Below, piece by piece: positions 63,758-64,000 of a DNA stretch of 64,000 bases. Source of the DNA: Isurus oxyrinchus (Eukaryota); assembly GCA_026770705.1 (NCBI GenBank), contig JANJGN010001481.1:62001-126000 (forward strand), in the 5' to 3' direction. The stretch's first letter is position 1; each line of letters opens with the position of its first letter. Both the position numbers and the translations under genes were made by a program. The notes under the pieces were generated by a model. That model did no database searches. It was not told the origin of the DNA and worked only from the letters and a program-made list of their open reading frames with translations.

Positions 63758-64000
63758 CACTGTCAGAGGGGCAGTACTGAGGGAGTACTGCACTGTCAGA
63801 GGGTCAGTACTGAGGGAGTGCTGCACTGTCGGATGGTCAGTACAGAGGGAGTGCCGCACTGTCAGAGGTTCAGTACTGAGGGAGTACTGCACTGTCAGGT
63901 GGTCAGTACTGAGGGAGTGCTGCACTGTCAGAGGGTCAGTTCTGAGGGAGTGCTGCACTGTCAGAGGGTCAGTACTGAGGGAGTGCTGCACTGTCAGAGG
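63758..64000. repeat. 33-bp minisatellite, runs off the window end
   Basis: Same unit. Confidence 0.93.

Overview
Eukaryotic vertebrate genomic DNA, inferred to be from a cartilaginous fish (shark-type repeats and a GPR139-like GPCR). From about 7 kb to the window end lies a recently amplified tandem array of ten minus-strand T-cell receptor V gene segments, most likely TCR-beta. Eight are intact (leader exon, phase-1 intron, 302-nt V exon, identical 23-RSS) and two are 3'-truncated pseudogenes. They fall into two 5' architectures. Type A (6 genes) has an AGTGATGTCA decamer/ETS promoter and the leader MGWTVNLS(P/A)LLLLLLP. Type B (4 genes) has the leader MLHSAFLYLMFLLLP, no decamer, and a 33-bp minisatellite upstream. 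The 6.6-8 kb duplication units also carry a degenerate ghost V, a G-rich tract, circularly permuted Penelope-like retroelements (RT + GIY-YIG, with minimal hammerhead ribozyme motifs), and older PLE and RTE relics. Non-coding DNA is near-identical between units, while CDR1, CDR2 and HV4 exist as discrete cassettes reassorted among genes, including the pseudogenes, which points to germline gene conversion. A two-exon GPR139-like GPCR and an orphan ZNF143/NRF1-type promoter lie at the left (3') edge of the array. No D, J or C segments were seen.
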